A stretch of DNA of 64,000 nt, taken from NCBI RefSeq assembly GCF_009914755.1, contig NC_060938.1. One strand, 5' to 3'. This stretch comes from the human T2T-CHM13v2.0 reference genome, Homo sapiens. The position numbers and the translations under genes were made by a program. A model generated the notes under the pieces. That model did not search any database. It was not told where the DNA came from and was given only the letters and a program-made list of their open reading frames with translations. Positions 1 to 12,559 of the stretch are shown here, piece after piece (position 1 is the first letter of the stretch; every line of letters begins with the position of its first letter).

Positions 1-2520
1 TTATAAACAAACTTTAGTTGCAAATTGATTTTACTTTGCTTCTTGAACCTGGTGTAGATTAGTAATAACGTAATCTTTATATGTTTTGTCTTTAATGTAA
101 TGTTAGCATTTGGATTAAGAAACCCAATTTATCTGATTGTCTACTGTAAAATCATCCCACTAGTTTTAATGTGAATATATAATTTTTGACTGAAAACAAA
201 TTCTTGATATCAAATCTTTAAGGTAAGGACAGAAATTAGTATTTTATTAGTCTTAATCCTTTGTCCTAAAAAAGAAGTATAAATATGTTGCATCTTTACA
301 GAAATCTTCTCCTATTATATGTAGATATGTTTTAATTGTTTGAAACATTAAAACATCTAATTTTTGCTGAAGAATATGCAAATGTGCCACTAAATCTGTT
401 TTTTAAGATTTTTCCAGTTTAATGTCTGAATCCAAATTCATAAAGAGTTGGAAAAATGAGATGTCTGAGCTATAGGATTCACAGGGATTTCATATGAAGC
501 CTATTTAATCAGGATAACACTGTTATTAATATTCATAATGTCAGCTGGAACACAAATGACAGACTATGGGGCCTAAAAATTTTACTTGGTGAATTTATTA
601 AAAGTAGCTTAAAAAATTAATGGAATTTAAGTAAAGTTGGTGAATATGAAAATCTTGTGTTAGCAGAAAAAAAATTCTCTATTAGAACTTTCCTTTAAGA
701 CCATTTTGCATTGATGTCTTTTGACAGATTTCATTGGTACTTAAAGAAGAAAGATGCATGAATGGTCATTTAAGAGGATTTAAACACATTGGCACATTAA
801 TTTTTACATGAATAATAAGTACTTTCCAAAAGCAATTAACTTACAGTGTACAAGATATGAATTGAAAAATAAGACTGTGACATCAAGGGCAAAGCAAATG
901 TGCTGTACATTTTAAACTTAGTGACAGGACTTTTTAATATTTTGATTTATTTTATTTTTATGGTTTGTGCTGGTTATGACTTAGAATGTGGTTATTTTAA
1001 TGCATTTAAAAGCAAATTTAAAGGACATTAATTTATTACTCTCTTCGTCTCCAAAAATATTGGTGTAGTGTTAAGCATTATCTTCTGCCAAGGACCATTT
1101 GCATTTTTTGAAGAAGTAAACATTTATTGTGCTAATTGCAATATTTTATCAGAGAAGATGTTCAAATTACAGAAAGGCAATGGGATGATACTGTTTGGGT
1201 TTAAGGCTACTAATACATATTTTTAACACAGGCTTTTTGGTTATAGCATAACTTAAGAGTATAATAAATAAGCTTCTGAAAGTTAGTTGTGAAAAGTTAA
1301 GGACCACTTGAGTAGTTAGTATATAAGTACATTTGTCCTGAATTTTAGCCTAAGAAGGTAAAATGTTGGGAATGACCTAAAACAGGATGCATTTTTGTGT
1401 AGTACTTGTTAGTCTTTACATTTTGAAATATGCCTATAATGACAGTTATGATAGTACTCAGGTTTTTGTTTTGGTTATTGAAGTTTATTAAAAAATTAAT
1501 TTTAGATCATTATTTAAAGTCATAACAGTATTGAATATTTTGTTTTACATTTTCCATGCATATTTTACTACATATAAAAGCATAGTTTAGTTATTATCCA
1601 TAACAGCCAAGTTACGCTTTGCCATTAAGAGAACAGAGGTGTTGACTGGCAGTCTCGTTGGGTACTAGAAGTTTCACTTGCAGTCTGCCATAAGCATTAT
1701 TTTATTTCATTAAAAGTGTAGAAATCACCTATATGAAATAGATGTAGTTTGGGACTCAGAGCTTTATTGGACAAATCATTAATTATCTCAGTGTCCATAA
1801 ATTATCATAATATAGGTATTAATTTAGATTTTTGTTATAAGTCATGGAATCAAATTGGTATATTGGTTATTTTGTCTAGAGGCTTTCTAAAACTTGGGTT
1901 TTGTGGAATTTTTTTGTTTGGCTCTGAGTTATTCCCTTAAATGCCCAGGAGAGGGCAGCATTTTACTACATCAGTCTTACAAAAGAATTTGCCCTGCTTA
2001 GACTGTCAATGTTTCTTGTAATTACTCCCAGTATATTTGTTGCTTGCTTATGAATTAACTTGCATTTATGGAACTAAATCATTCCAATCATTTAATTACA
2101 CCTGAGGAGCTGAACTATAATTGCTTGCTTCCAACTAGGATCTGATATGGCTTGAGCAGTATTAATTTGGTGTTTACTTTTCTGAGTGCTAAAAGCATTA
2201 AAATGATTGTGCAATGGGATTACATTTTACTAATTGCTGGCATTCATTAGCTGGGTAAATGATGAGGAAGAGTGACTGTATATTGCAGAGGGATAAAATT
2301 ATGGTTTTAAATAGTATATTACTAAGCACATTAAGGCCTGTAAGACATGTTTTAAAATACTCCAGAGGTTATTAAAGACTGTATTTTCTACATGTCTTGG
2401 TATATGAATCTCTTATTAAAATACTGCAATTATTATTAACCTTTTTGGGCAATATGTAGGGAAATGGCTTCATTGACTGGAACATATTTCTTTGATATTA
2501 ATAACTTCCTATATTTTCAG

Positions 2521-2658
2521 CTAATCCAAAAGTAAATGAGAAACTTAGAAAAAGATTGCCAATTCCAAATCAACATATTTAGAGAAAATTGGAAAAGGAG
2601 AAGCTTACTACAGCTTTATTTGAGGACTTTTTAAAGAACGCTGGGTTCTATCTGTGAG
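2521..2658 (+). other. MIPOL1: Probable non-coding 5'UTR exon of MIPOL1 (138 nt)
   Basis: Acceptor ttcctatattttcag| ends at 2520 and donor GAG|gtaaat starts at 2659; about 590 nt upstream of the start-codon exon. Confidence 0.7.
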
Positions 2659-3306
2659 GTAAATCTAATTTTATTCTCCTTAAAAGCATAAAAAAAAACT
2701 TGCATAGTGTTTTATCATGTTTACTACAAAAACAAATAAGAGAGAGGAGTATCATTAATTCCACAAGTTAGTGGTGGTCTTTATGTTTTTTAAAATTAGA
2801 GTAATATTCTTAAATTACTTTTATAAGTAAAATTTATTAAAGTAATCTATATGAATATATACACAGTAAATTCAAATCAGTAAATTTGAAATTTTTGGTA
2901 TAAAATTTATGACAAATAAAGTAAAAATGTATTTTTCTTAAATGCTTAAAATTGTAGTTGAAGAAGATTTCAGTTAAATAAATTAAATGGTTCTCTACCC
3001 AAATCAGCATGAATGTCTAAAAAACTTAACCTGAACTGTATATACTAAAATACAAGTGTGAAGAAAAGAACCTTTTTCTGAGAAAAAGATTTAATTTCTC
3101 CTGTTGAAATTCTCAGTTAATTGTCCCATTGTAAATGTTTTAGAAAACCATTTATCCTGTAAATTCTCTGTTAAACAAAGGTAAGATTTAGGTGTGTTCT
3201 GATATATTGTTTTCAGTTTATTTATCTAGAGTTGGCTTTATTTTAGCTGCAAATCTTGGAGCAAAAACCAGAGACATTGCCAGAGCAAACAAGAACAGAA
3301 ATACAA

Positions 3307-3325
3307 ATGGAGAACTGGTCAAAAG
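3307..3325 (+). CDS. MIPOL1: MIPOL1 first coding exon (exon 3247-3325; CDS MENWSK + G)
   Basis: Acceptor ttattttag| ends at 3246; ATG GAG AAC TGG TCA AAA G|gtaagg; phase 1 joins AC at 22362 to give Asp. Confidence 0.92.
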
Positions 3326-3414
3326 GTAAGGACTTTTAAGGTATTAATACCAAGCCCCAGGTGTTGTTCTAGTTCAAGGCACTGAGTGAAGTGTGTTTGT
3401 TCTAACCAATATAT

Positions 3415-4375
3415 TAGACAGAGGTAGACAAGTGCGCACACACACACACAAAACATGCACACAGAGACCCAGGGATTATGAAAGAGATACAAAGAAAGAC
3501 ACACAGAGAAAAGAGACATACACACAGAGAGAAAGGGACACACACATGCACACAGAGGAGACACAGAAAAGACATTGAGAGAGGGAGAAAAAAAAAGACA
3601 CACCAGGAAATAGAAACACGCCTACATACAAAGAGACAGAGGAGACAGAATGACTGTGACAGAGATGTACAGAGCCACATTCAGAGAAAGAAAACACATA
3701 GAGAAGGAGATCCTCAGAGAAAGAGACACAGGAAGGAAGATACTTGAAGAGGGAAACACATAGAGGCACTGACACACACCTGGAGGCACACAGAAAGAGA
3801 AGCATACACAGAGACTCATAGAGAAAGAGAGATACCGCAGTAAGAGACTTGGTAAGAAAGAGACAGATGTATAGTGAGGGACAGAGAAAAAAAAGAGACA
3901 CATTGAGAGTGATAGAGACACAGGCATGCGGACAGATACAGAGAAAGAGATGTACATACAGACAAGAGACACATATAGTGAAAGAGACAAGATATGGCTC
4001 TTTCAGACATATAGCGAAAGAGACAAGATACAGATATCTATATCTATATCTATATATATATCTCTCTCTCTCCTCACACAGAGAGAGAAATGCCAGAGTG
4101 AAAAAGAAAAATCCACCAGAGAAACAGACACACCTAAAGTAAGGAGAGAGAGTAGAGAGAATGAGAGACAGACATGTATATATGCAGACAGAGGAGAAAG
4201 ACATAGATCAGAAGATACATACATTGAAAAATAAATTAAGACACATATATGAGACAGAGAAGAAGAGACTCACAGGTATGCACGTGTGGAGGAACACAGC
4301 CTGAGAGGCAGAGAACAGTCAGAGACAGATAGAATTGGAAAGACTGTCTGAAGACAGAGACAGACTGAGATATGG
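3415..4375 (+). repeat. About 1-kb degenerate (GA/CA)-rich low-complexity tract
   Basis: Continuous AGAGAC/ACAC/GAAAGA units; explains the cluster of biased ORFs at 3319-4234. Confidence 0.9.
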
Positions 4376-4393
4376 CCTGAAAAACAAATGGAA

Positions 4394-4433
4394 GGATGGA
4401 TGGATGGATGGATGGATGGATGGATGGATGGAT
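4394..4433 (+). repeat. (GGAT)10 microsatellite
   Basis: Read directly. Confidence 0.95.
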
Positions 4434-5683
4434 GGGTAGATGGATGGACGGACAGTCAGATAGATAAGAGCAGCAGACATAAGGGAGGGGGCAAGAGATA
4501 TTTAAGATCTATTACAGTAAAATGTTGAAAATTTGGAATCCTTGGGAAATGATTCTTTCTGAATGTGATATTACATATATTTGAAAACTTAAACCTTTAT
4601 GTACATCTTTTAAAATTTCCTCTTGTATTATAATTTAAAAAATAGGATTCTTATTAAAACACTGTGTGCATCTCTTCCTTTTTTGGTTCCCCTTCCCCCA
4701 ACAGGGCTCCTGTTCAGCATAGTCCTGCCACATTTTTATCCTTTTTTGAAGGTTAAAGTCCATTTTTGAGGACCGTTCTATAATCATTGTACTGAATAAG
4801 TTAACAATTATACATTCTTTTGAGTTATAGAAAGATCTGAGTGCCTTTTTCTGATTTCTGGATTTTGTTTTTGATTTTTATACTGTTAACAAATTTTCTT
4901 GCTGTTTTTGCACCCACCATTAGTAATTTCTCTTTTTATTTGTCACTCTGGGCTGCTTATTATGAGTTTAGAATCCAGATAGCTGATGTAATTCTATATA
5001 AAACAATCATATATAATATCTGGGTAAGATAGTTCAAGGTTTTTTGTGCAAAGTTAATAGTGCGTATATTATGTGACACTTAATTTTGGTGTGCTCTATA
5101 TATTCAAGTTGTGGATAAGAATGTATTGGTATGAAGTTAGGAACTAATTTGTTATAGCTGTGTTTATTCATTTATTCAAGTAAGTAAGCAGATACTCTTC
5201 TTTTAAAGAGCTCAAAAGCATTTTACTCAATTGATGTTAAAAAAAAACAAAAAGGAAGCAAATAATGATGCATCTGTTGTGTTTCTCATTCACACATCAT
5301 ATTGCTGTAAGAGTTATATTAAAATTAGAGACCAAACGATCTTTAAGGAGTCAAAGGAGTTATTTTTAATATATCTAAAGAGATAGAGACTGTAGAGGAA
5401 GTACTACTGATAAATGTCCAGTAATCAGGAAGGATGTCAAGGAAGGAGCTGATGAAGCTCTGGGATACTTATGAAAAGGAAAGTTTTATGGTTGAAGATA
5501 CAGATGCATAGACAGTTTACAGTAGGCACAGTAAACTATATAGATGCATAGACAGTTTACAGCAGACATGACTGATACAGCATTAGGAAAATCTACATTT
5601 TTACAGGCATCTTTTTGACATTGGAAAGAGGAATAAGACATTCCCTTTTATAAGGATCCATTATTAAACATTATTAGGAAAAA

Positions 5684-5970
5684 GGTCAGATGCGGTGGCT
5701 TATGCCTGTAATCCCAGCACTTTGAGAGGCGAAGGCAGGTGGGTCACTTGAGGTCAGGAGTTCGAGGCCAGCCTGACCAACATGGTGAAATCCTGTCTCT
5801 ACTAAAAATACACAAATTAGCTGGGTGTTTTGGGCACACCTGTAATCCCAGCTACTCGGTAGTCTGAGGCAGGAGAATCACTTGAACTCCAGTGGCGGAG
5901 GTTGTAGTGAGCAGAGATCATGCCATCACACTCCAGTCTGGGCAACAGAGGGAGACTGTCTCAATAAATT
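5684..5970 (+). mobile_element. Alu (AluS-like)
   Basis: ggtcagatgcggtggcttatgcctgtaatcccagc...gactgtctc; degenerate TSD (tattaggaaa). Confidence 0.9.
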
Positions 5971-6489
5971 AAATAATATTAGGAAATAAAATTAAACATA
6001 AATATTTTAACTTTCAAGTCTTGGGATAACAGATATGTTTAAACAGTAAAATCTCACATCGTCATCTCCCTGATGGCAGGGTTCATGGGATTTATCTTAA
6101 ATCACAAATTGCTTCAAAGCGCTATCTTACATAAATGTTCCTAGTCGGTTCCTTTGAATAGTTATTTTATTTAGTATAATTTTACTAATTTTAAAAGAAA
6201 TTAAGTTAATTAAAACTTGTATTACACAGATATGCCTTTATTTCATCTTACAAATTTCATTTTAAAGAGTGCTGAAGTGACCATTTTTTTCCTAGCTTTA
6301 CTGTAGAAACGCTTCTGAAATATTTTAAGTCAAAGAGTTGATAAGATTGATAATGTAACATATAGAACCATTTATGTTTTTCTTTGTTTTTGTCATTGTA
6401 GACATTTTGGAAAATGGAAAGCTGAGGTTGGTAGATGGGCTGGGTGATGACATCTACAAAATAAACCCAAGTTTTTTTTTATATGTATA

Positions 6490-6785
6490 TTTTTTAAAGA
6501 CAGAGTCTCACTCTGTCATCCTTGCTGGAGTGCAGTGGTATGATCATGGCCCACTGTAACCATGAATTACTGGGCTCAAGCAGTCCTCCTTCCTCAGCCT
6601 CCTGAGTAGCTTGGACTACAGGCATGAGTCACTGTATCTGGCTAATTTTTTTAAAAATGGTTTGTAGGGGTTGGGGGGTCTCACTATGTTGTCCAGGCTG
6701 TTCCCAAACTCCTAGCCTCGAGCAATTCTCCTGCCTCAGACTCCCAAAGCCCTGGGATGACAGGCGAAAACAACTGTATCTAGCC
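6490..6785 (-). mobile_element. Alu (AluJ-like)
   Basis: Antisense Alu; flanked by cccaagttt TSD. Confidence 0.88.
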
Positions 6786-8624
6786 CCCAAGTTTCTTTAA
6801 GGAGTTAAAAAAACAGTCCTGAATGAATGTAGTTTGTAAGTTGATAAAAACAATGTGTGTGTGAATAAACATATATTGCCAGCAAAAAATGTGTTACCAT
6901 CTTCAGGCCTTTTAAGGGGTAAGTGATGTTTTGCGTTTTTGTGAAAACTTCTATTTAAGGGTTCTCTTTTGAAAAAAAAAAAGGAAAAAATGAAATGTCA
7001 TAATCAAAGGAGTTTATACCCTCTGAAATAATGAGTTGTTAAATTATTGTTGTTTAGCCCTTTTTTGTACTTACTTATATACATAACTATGTAAGAAAAA
7101 AGACATAGAGATCGTAAATCTTATATGAATAATTATTTGGAATACTGTTATAAATTCCTGATCATTTCTTAAATTAATGTTTATTTTTATTAGCAGATAC
7201 ATGGTTAAGTAGTTTTATAGCATACAACAATTCTTTGCAAATAGTTTACATATTTACAGGTAAATATGTCTGCCCTAAGTATACATACTTGCAATTTTGT
7301 AGGTAAAAATGAGATCTGGATACCAGTTAAATTTAGAAAATTGTGAAACTTATTTAAATTTAGAACCTTTAGGGGTCAGTGTTCCCTAAGAAAGGTTACA
7401 AAAGGTTACTGTGCCTACCAAAATTAAATATTAAATCTGCTATATTGTAAATATATATATATTTTTTACCAATTTAAGGTAAGAAATGATGAGAATTATA
7501 CCTTGAAGAAGCTTTTGACCAAAACCTTTCAATTTAATGAGTTTGTTCAATATTGTTTTTAGGTTTATTATTTGGGGGGATCATCATATGTAATATATAT
7601 TTTACACACAAGTAGTTATTTTTATTTATGTATTATCTAAATTTAGATATAGATTACATATTTTTAATTTATCTTTAAGCTTAAAACATGATCATGATTC
7701 TAAATCAGGAATCATTGTACTTATTTGAAATAAGGTAAAAAAGCACTTATAGAATGGCTGTGTAAATAGAATTCTTACATTTTTCAGTTTATTGGAGGCT
7801 AGTAAATATTTAACAATTTTTTATCCTACTGAATTTAAGTAAAAAACAGTTGTCTTCTTCCTTATTTTAGAATTGGACTGGCAAGTATCATTTGTATCCA
7901 TGATTCTTACGGTTTTTCTATAAAACACAGTAACACAAATTTTTTTTAAATAAATGAAACTTAATGAAAGGTAACTTGCAAGTGGTTTGGTAGTTTCTTG
8001 TTGAGTCAGAATAATGTTTATTTGTCCTTGGCATTTTGAACCTGTGTGCCACCATCAACCTCTTGTATTATTGATTCATTTATCTTTCTCTCTGTTCACA
8101 AAGTACATATTCTGTTTTACCTTTTGTCTGTCTGCAATTCTGTAATTGAATTATAACTAAAACTATTCCATGATTTGCAGACAATTTGTAAGTGTAGACA
8201 CTGAAGAACCACTGTAGGAAAACATAATTGATGCTTTTAAATGTTGTTGATCATTATGACTAAAATATGATTGTAGAATCTCATATCACTTTTATAAACT
8301 ATTTTATGTTTAAGGCGGAGAAGAAGGAAATGACAAATTGCTTAGAATGGACATTCATTGCTACCAGTAAGATAAGCTGGTAGAAAAAAAGCTATTTCCT
8401 AGACATTATGATTATATACTCCTTGAAATTAAAGGTTTTGAAAATGTCTAGATAACTAATCATTCTGTATTAAATTACAGGACTTAAATTTTAATAATTG
8501 GCTTTCTAGTAAGTAATGGTATATTTTTCATGAAGAAGAAATATAGTTAGTGGTTTTAGCTTATTGCCTATATTTTAAAGTAGAAAGAAGACTGTGTTGG
8601 AAAACCAATACTTTTAATAATGTC

Positions 8625-8840
8625 AGTAAAATGTTATGGTGGAAAGAACACAGGTTTGGAGCTAAACATAAGTTTTAATTTTTAAATCTTTCACTTACTA
8701 CCTACTTGGATTTGGGTACAAGTTTCATAAATCTTTGTAAGCTTGAGTTTTCTTTTATATGAAATAGAGAGATAATCTATTTAGGACCATTGCGAAGATG
8801 AGGAATGCTATATGTAAAGTCCCTACTACAATGTCTGAAA
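8625..8840 (+). mobile_element. MIR remnant
   Basis: gtggaaagaacacaggtttggag...gagttttcttttatatgaaatagagataat resembles the MIR core. Confidence 0.5.
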
Positions 8841-9879
8841 CAGGAAATGAATTTATTTAATCTGTATTTCACATACCAGAGTAATTCTTTCCACCAGTGT
8901 GATGGTGGTAGGTTACAGATGCTAAAATAAATAAATAAATACATAAAATAAAAAAAATTAAAACAAAGGTGGTTGACAAATTTAGAGGACTTTTAAGTAA
9001 ATCGTGGTGATTGTCTTTCTTATTCCTTCTAGCTATGGAAGGTACATTCTACTGAGTTTCAAAAGTATTATGAATCCTTAATAACAGTATTTGAAATGAT
9101 TGTAATAGTATTTTAGGAAGTCTATTTTCTTCCAATACAATGTTCAGAATATCACTGGAACTTTAATTTTCAAAATGGTATGCTTATAGTTAGTATATTT
9201 GATAGACTATAGTATATAATTAATAATATTCATTTAGGATAAAATCTATTTTCGTCTGTATTGAAATTCCAGTTGCAATAAAAATCTCCAGATTAGTGGC
9301 ATCACAGAGTATTTTTATGTGTCTTTTCCTTTTGGCAAGTATGGATTTAAGATTGCATTTAAAAAATTTTCCATGTGCCATTGGGGGTTAAAAGAAGAAC
9401 ATGTCTGAGATCTGATTAAATTTACTACTTATCTCCATAGGACCTAGCCTAATAGAGTGCTAGTAGCTTCTCACACATGACCATCTAGAATATTTGAGAG
9501 AGTGGTTTTAGGAATACTGGCAGCTGGCCAGCAAGGATTGATTCATTTCCTGAGGAGATGCTGAGGCTACTCTTAGAAGAATGATTGAGGTTATAGTCTT
9601 TTATTTTAAAAAATTTCCTTTAATATAAATAAGTTTATTAAATACGATTCTGGAATTCTTTATTTTTTAAGCTTGATGTGAATGATTCTGTTAATACTCT
9701 TGGACTGAGTAGAAAAATGGAATGAAAAAACAAAAAATGTTTACAAGGGCAACTTAGTTTTCTAACTGGTTATGACATTTGTTGTGAACCCTTTTAAGAT
9801 TCATAATTTCTAATATGAATAGTTCATGTTGGTGAGTTTATGCCACAAATTATTTTTTAAATTATGTTTTGGCAGTTTA

Positions 9880-10035
9880 AAAAATAGAGTTTATCTTTCA
9901 GAACAGTTTTAGATTTACAGTAAAATTGAGTTGAAAGTACAGAGTGTTCCCATACATCCCTACCCCCACAAACACCCAACCTCTGTCTCTGCCTATTCTC
10001 TACCACAGTTGTACATTTGTTACAACCAGTGAACT
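9880..10035 (-). mobile_element. Old L1M (MC/MD) 3' end fragment
   Basis: cagttttagatttacag...agtacagagtgttcccatac motif. Confidence 0.6.
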
Positions 10036-12510
10036 AATCCATAAATTCTTAGTAGGGGGAAAATTCGTGAGCTAATAGGATTTCTTCTTTCTCTTTATTT
10101 CTTTCTCTTTTTTCTGTTTTTACTAATTTATAATGTTTTAAATCAGTTCACACTGTACTCTTCATGCAGAATTCTTACATCTTTGGTTCCTGCATTTTAT
10201 ACAAATGATCGTTTCTAGGAAGAATGAGCATGAAAAATGGTAAATTTCCCTTTTAATAGGACCTTTTCTCCCCCGTTTCTATTCTGTTGGTATGATCCTC
10301 TTTGTAGAACTTGTGAGTCTGTTTCTTTAGGTTAAGGAAATACAAACTCTACTTTAAATATGCAAATTCTTTCAAATTTATTTGTGGTCATGAAAACAAG
10401 ATTTTTTTCTTTGAAATAGAAAACAATGACTTGATTTTGTCAAAAGATTTTTGCTTTGTTTTAAATTCTCCATGCTTAAGGTTCTGAACAAATCTTTGCT
10501 AAAAATCCTCATTTATTTCTGGTTATGGCCTTTCATGCCAGAACACCTCTTGTAACACATATTTACAACATGCAGCTTAACGTAATATTACTGAATCTTT
10601 AATTTTCTACACATGAGAATTTCAGCTTGTCATATTTCAGATGACTGTGTGGCCTCCGTAGTATGATTAATATAAAGGTCTGAGTGTGCATTGGCATTTT
10701 GTTGATTTAGGAGACCTGGATCAATATACATTGGTATGTAGACTGAATTGAAGGCCCTTTAGAAGGTTGGTCCAGGTTGACTATAGGGTAGGACTAATGT
10801 GACTTCCTGGACTTAAAGGTATTTTAAATACATTTTTAAAAAGTTTCTTAAATGATAAAATTATATATTTTATGTACATTTACTTAGTACTCTTTGGATG
10901 TAAATAAATTTGTAGTAGTAGAATAAAAATCTTTTGGAGGAGTTCACCAAATACTTCAACTTTTAGTGTTTTGGTTTTATTCGAATCAAAACAACCTGTC
11001 ATGTAGGACGTTATTATCTTTTTGGGATAATTTCAGATACAGTTTTTCTTTGTGTTCTGCTTATTTTAGGGAATATGAAAAAACAAATTTAGAGCAAGTC
11101 AGGCTTCAAAATTTTGAAATTAAGTAGACTATAGTGTAAATGATTGAATTAAAAATATTCTTATCTGTAGCTTTTGGATGAAATTGATAATACTTTGCCA
11201 TATGGTAAAATTGTGTTGAAAAGATGCAAACTAAAAAGTGATTATTTTCAAAAATTGTATTTAAACTTTTATATTTATCTTTTGACAGATTCTAGTTTTT
11301 ACATATAACCATTTAGTACTATAATATTAGGATGCTGATGGGTGAACAATACAAACTGATGGATTTGTATTGATAAAATTATACTTGTGTAGAAACAATG
11401 TTTTTGCTACTCAATATTTTAAAAATTAACAATTAAATGCTCCTTTTAAATACAGTTTTGCTGTCTGTACCAAGATAATTTGATACACTGTAAAATTAAC
11501 ACAGTTAACAAACAATGTTCATTGATGTGAACAGTTTTAGTATAGAAATATAATCACATTCAAGCACAAGATACCATTATTTCTTTCTTTAATTAATGTT
11601 CTCCCCACTCCAGAAAATTCAAAATTTTCAGATTAATATTAATCCCTAGCAGATTAGGGTAGGTATGGTTCATTTAGCATTAGTTTCCTTGAACCAACAA
11701 CAAGTTTTGGAAGAAAGAAATATGATAAGGGAAGACAGAACAAATATGTAGTCCTTAAGGTTTCAGGCCTGTGTACAAATCCTAAGATTTGGAATATGGA
11801 GTATGGATATTCTGTGTCCTTTCCATGAATTATTATAAAAGTGGAAAGAAGTTATAATTTGAAAGAATTTCTATTTTAAGTAGATCAGATGATTTTTAAA
11901 TGTTTATCAAAAAACCAAATGTTGCAAATTTGGAGTCACTGAAGCTATTTTACTCAATTGCTTTTAAGAGTTTAAAGTTAAAAAAAGTAATGATTACAGT
12001 TCAGCAAATCTGTTTCCTTTTGGAAAACTTCATTGCTTATATTTTATAATCAACCAGTATAGAGTTAAAGATTAGGACAAGGCTGCACTAGCCCAGGTAA
12101 GAAGATGACAAAAAATTTTTTTCGTTAAAAAAGCAGTCTTTGATCTCTTGAGAATGCAGTAGAAACCAGCATCAGAGACTTCCTCTGCATTTTTAATAGG
12201 ACTTTTGCTTTCCATGATGTTCTATATTGACCCTTTATTATTTTTTTAAAAAGTCTCTGCCCCTCCCCCAAGTCATTTGAAATGAACACATTACCAAAAA
12301 ACAAATTTACTTTTCTGAGGCTTTATTTTTTTGTTTCAAGTACTTAATGCTTTTTTGAAAAGTTTAAAATGCTAACTCTAACAAGGGGCTGATGATGCTG
12401 TAGTGTAACTAACAAGGGACTAGTTTAGCAGTTACAGTTGATTAATGAAATAGCAGTCTTACCTTTTCCTTTCATGTTTTTCTTTTTGTTTTTTGGGTTT
12501 TTTGGTTTTG

Positions 12511-12513
<3 letters not shown>

Positions 12514-12555
<42 letters not shown>
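12514..12555 (+). repeat. (TG)21 microsatellite
   Basis: Perfect dinucleotide run. Confidence 0.97.

Positions 12556-12559
<4 letters not shown>

Noticed and set aside
3319-4234. Ten overlapping ORFs up to 242 aa
   Set aside because: By-product of the stop-poor GA/CA low-complexity tract; compositions are S/L/C/V or R/E/T/H rich with no splice support.
5502-5562. CRISPR-like repeat-spacer-repeat
   Set aside because: Only two copies, human intron, no cas genes.
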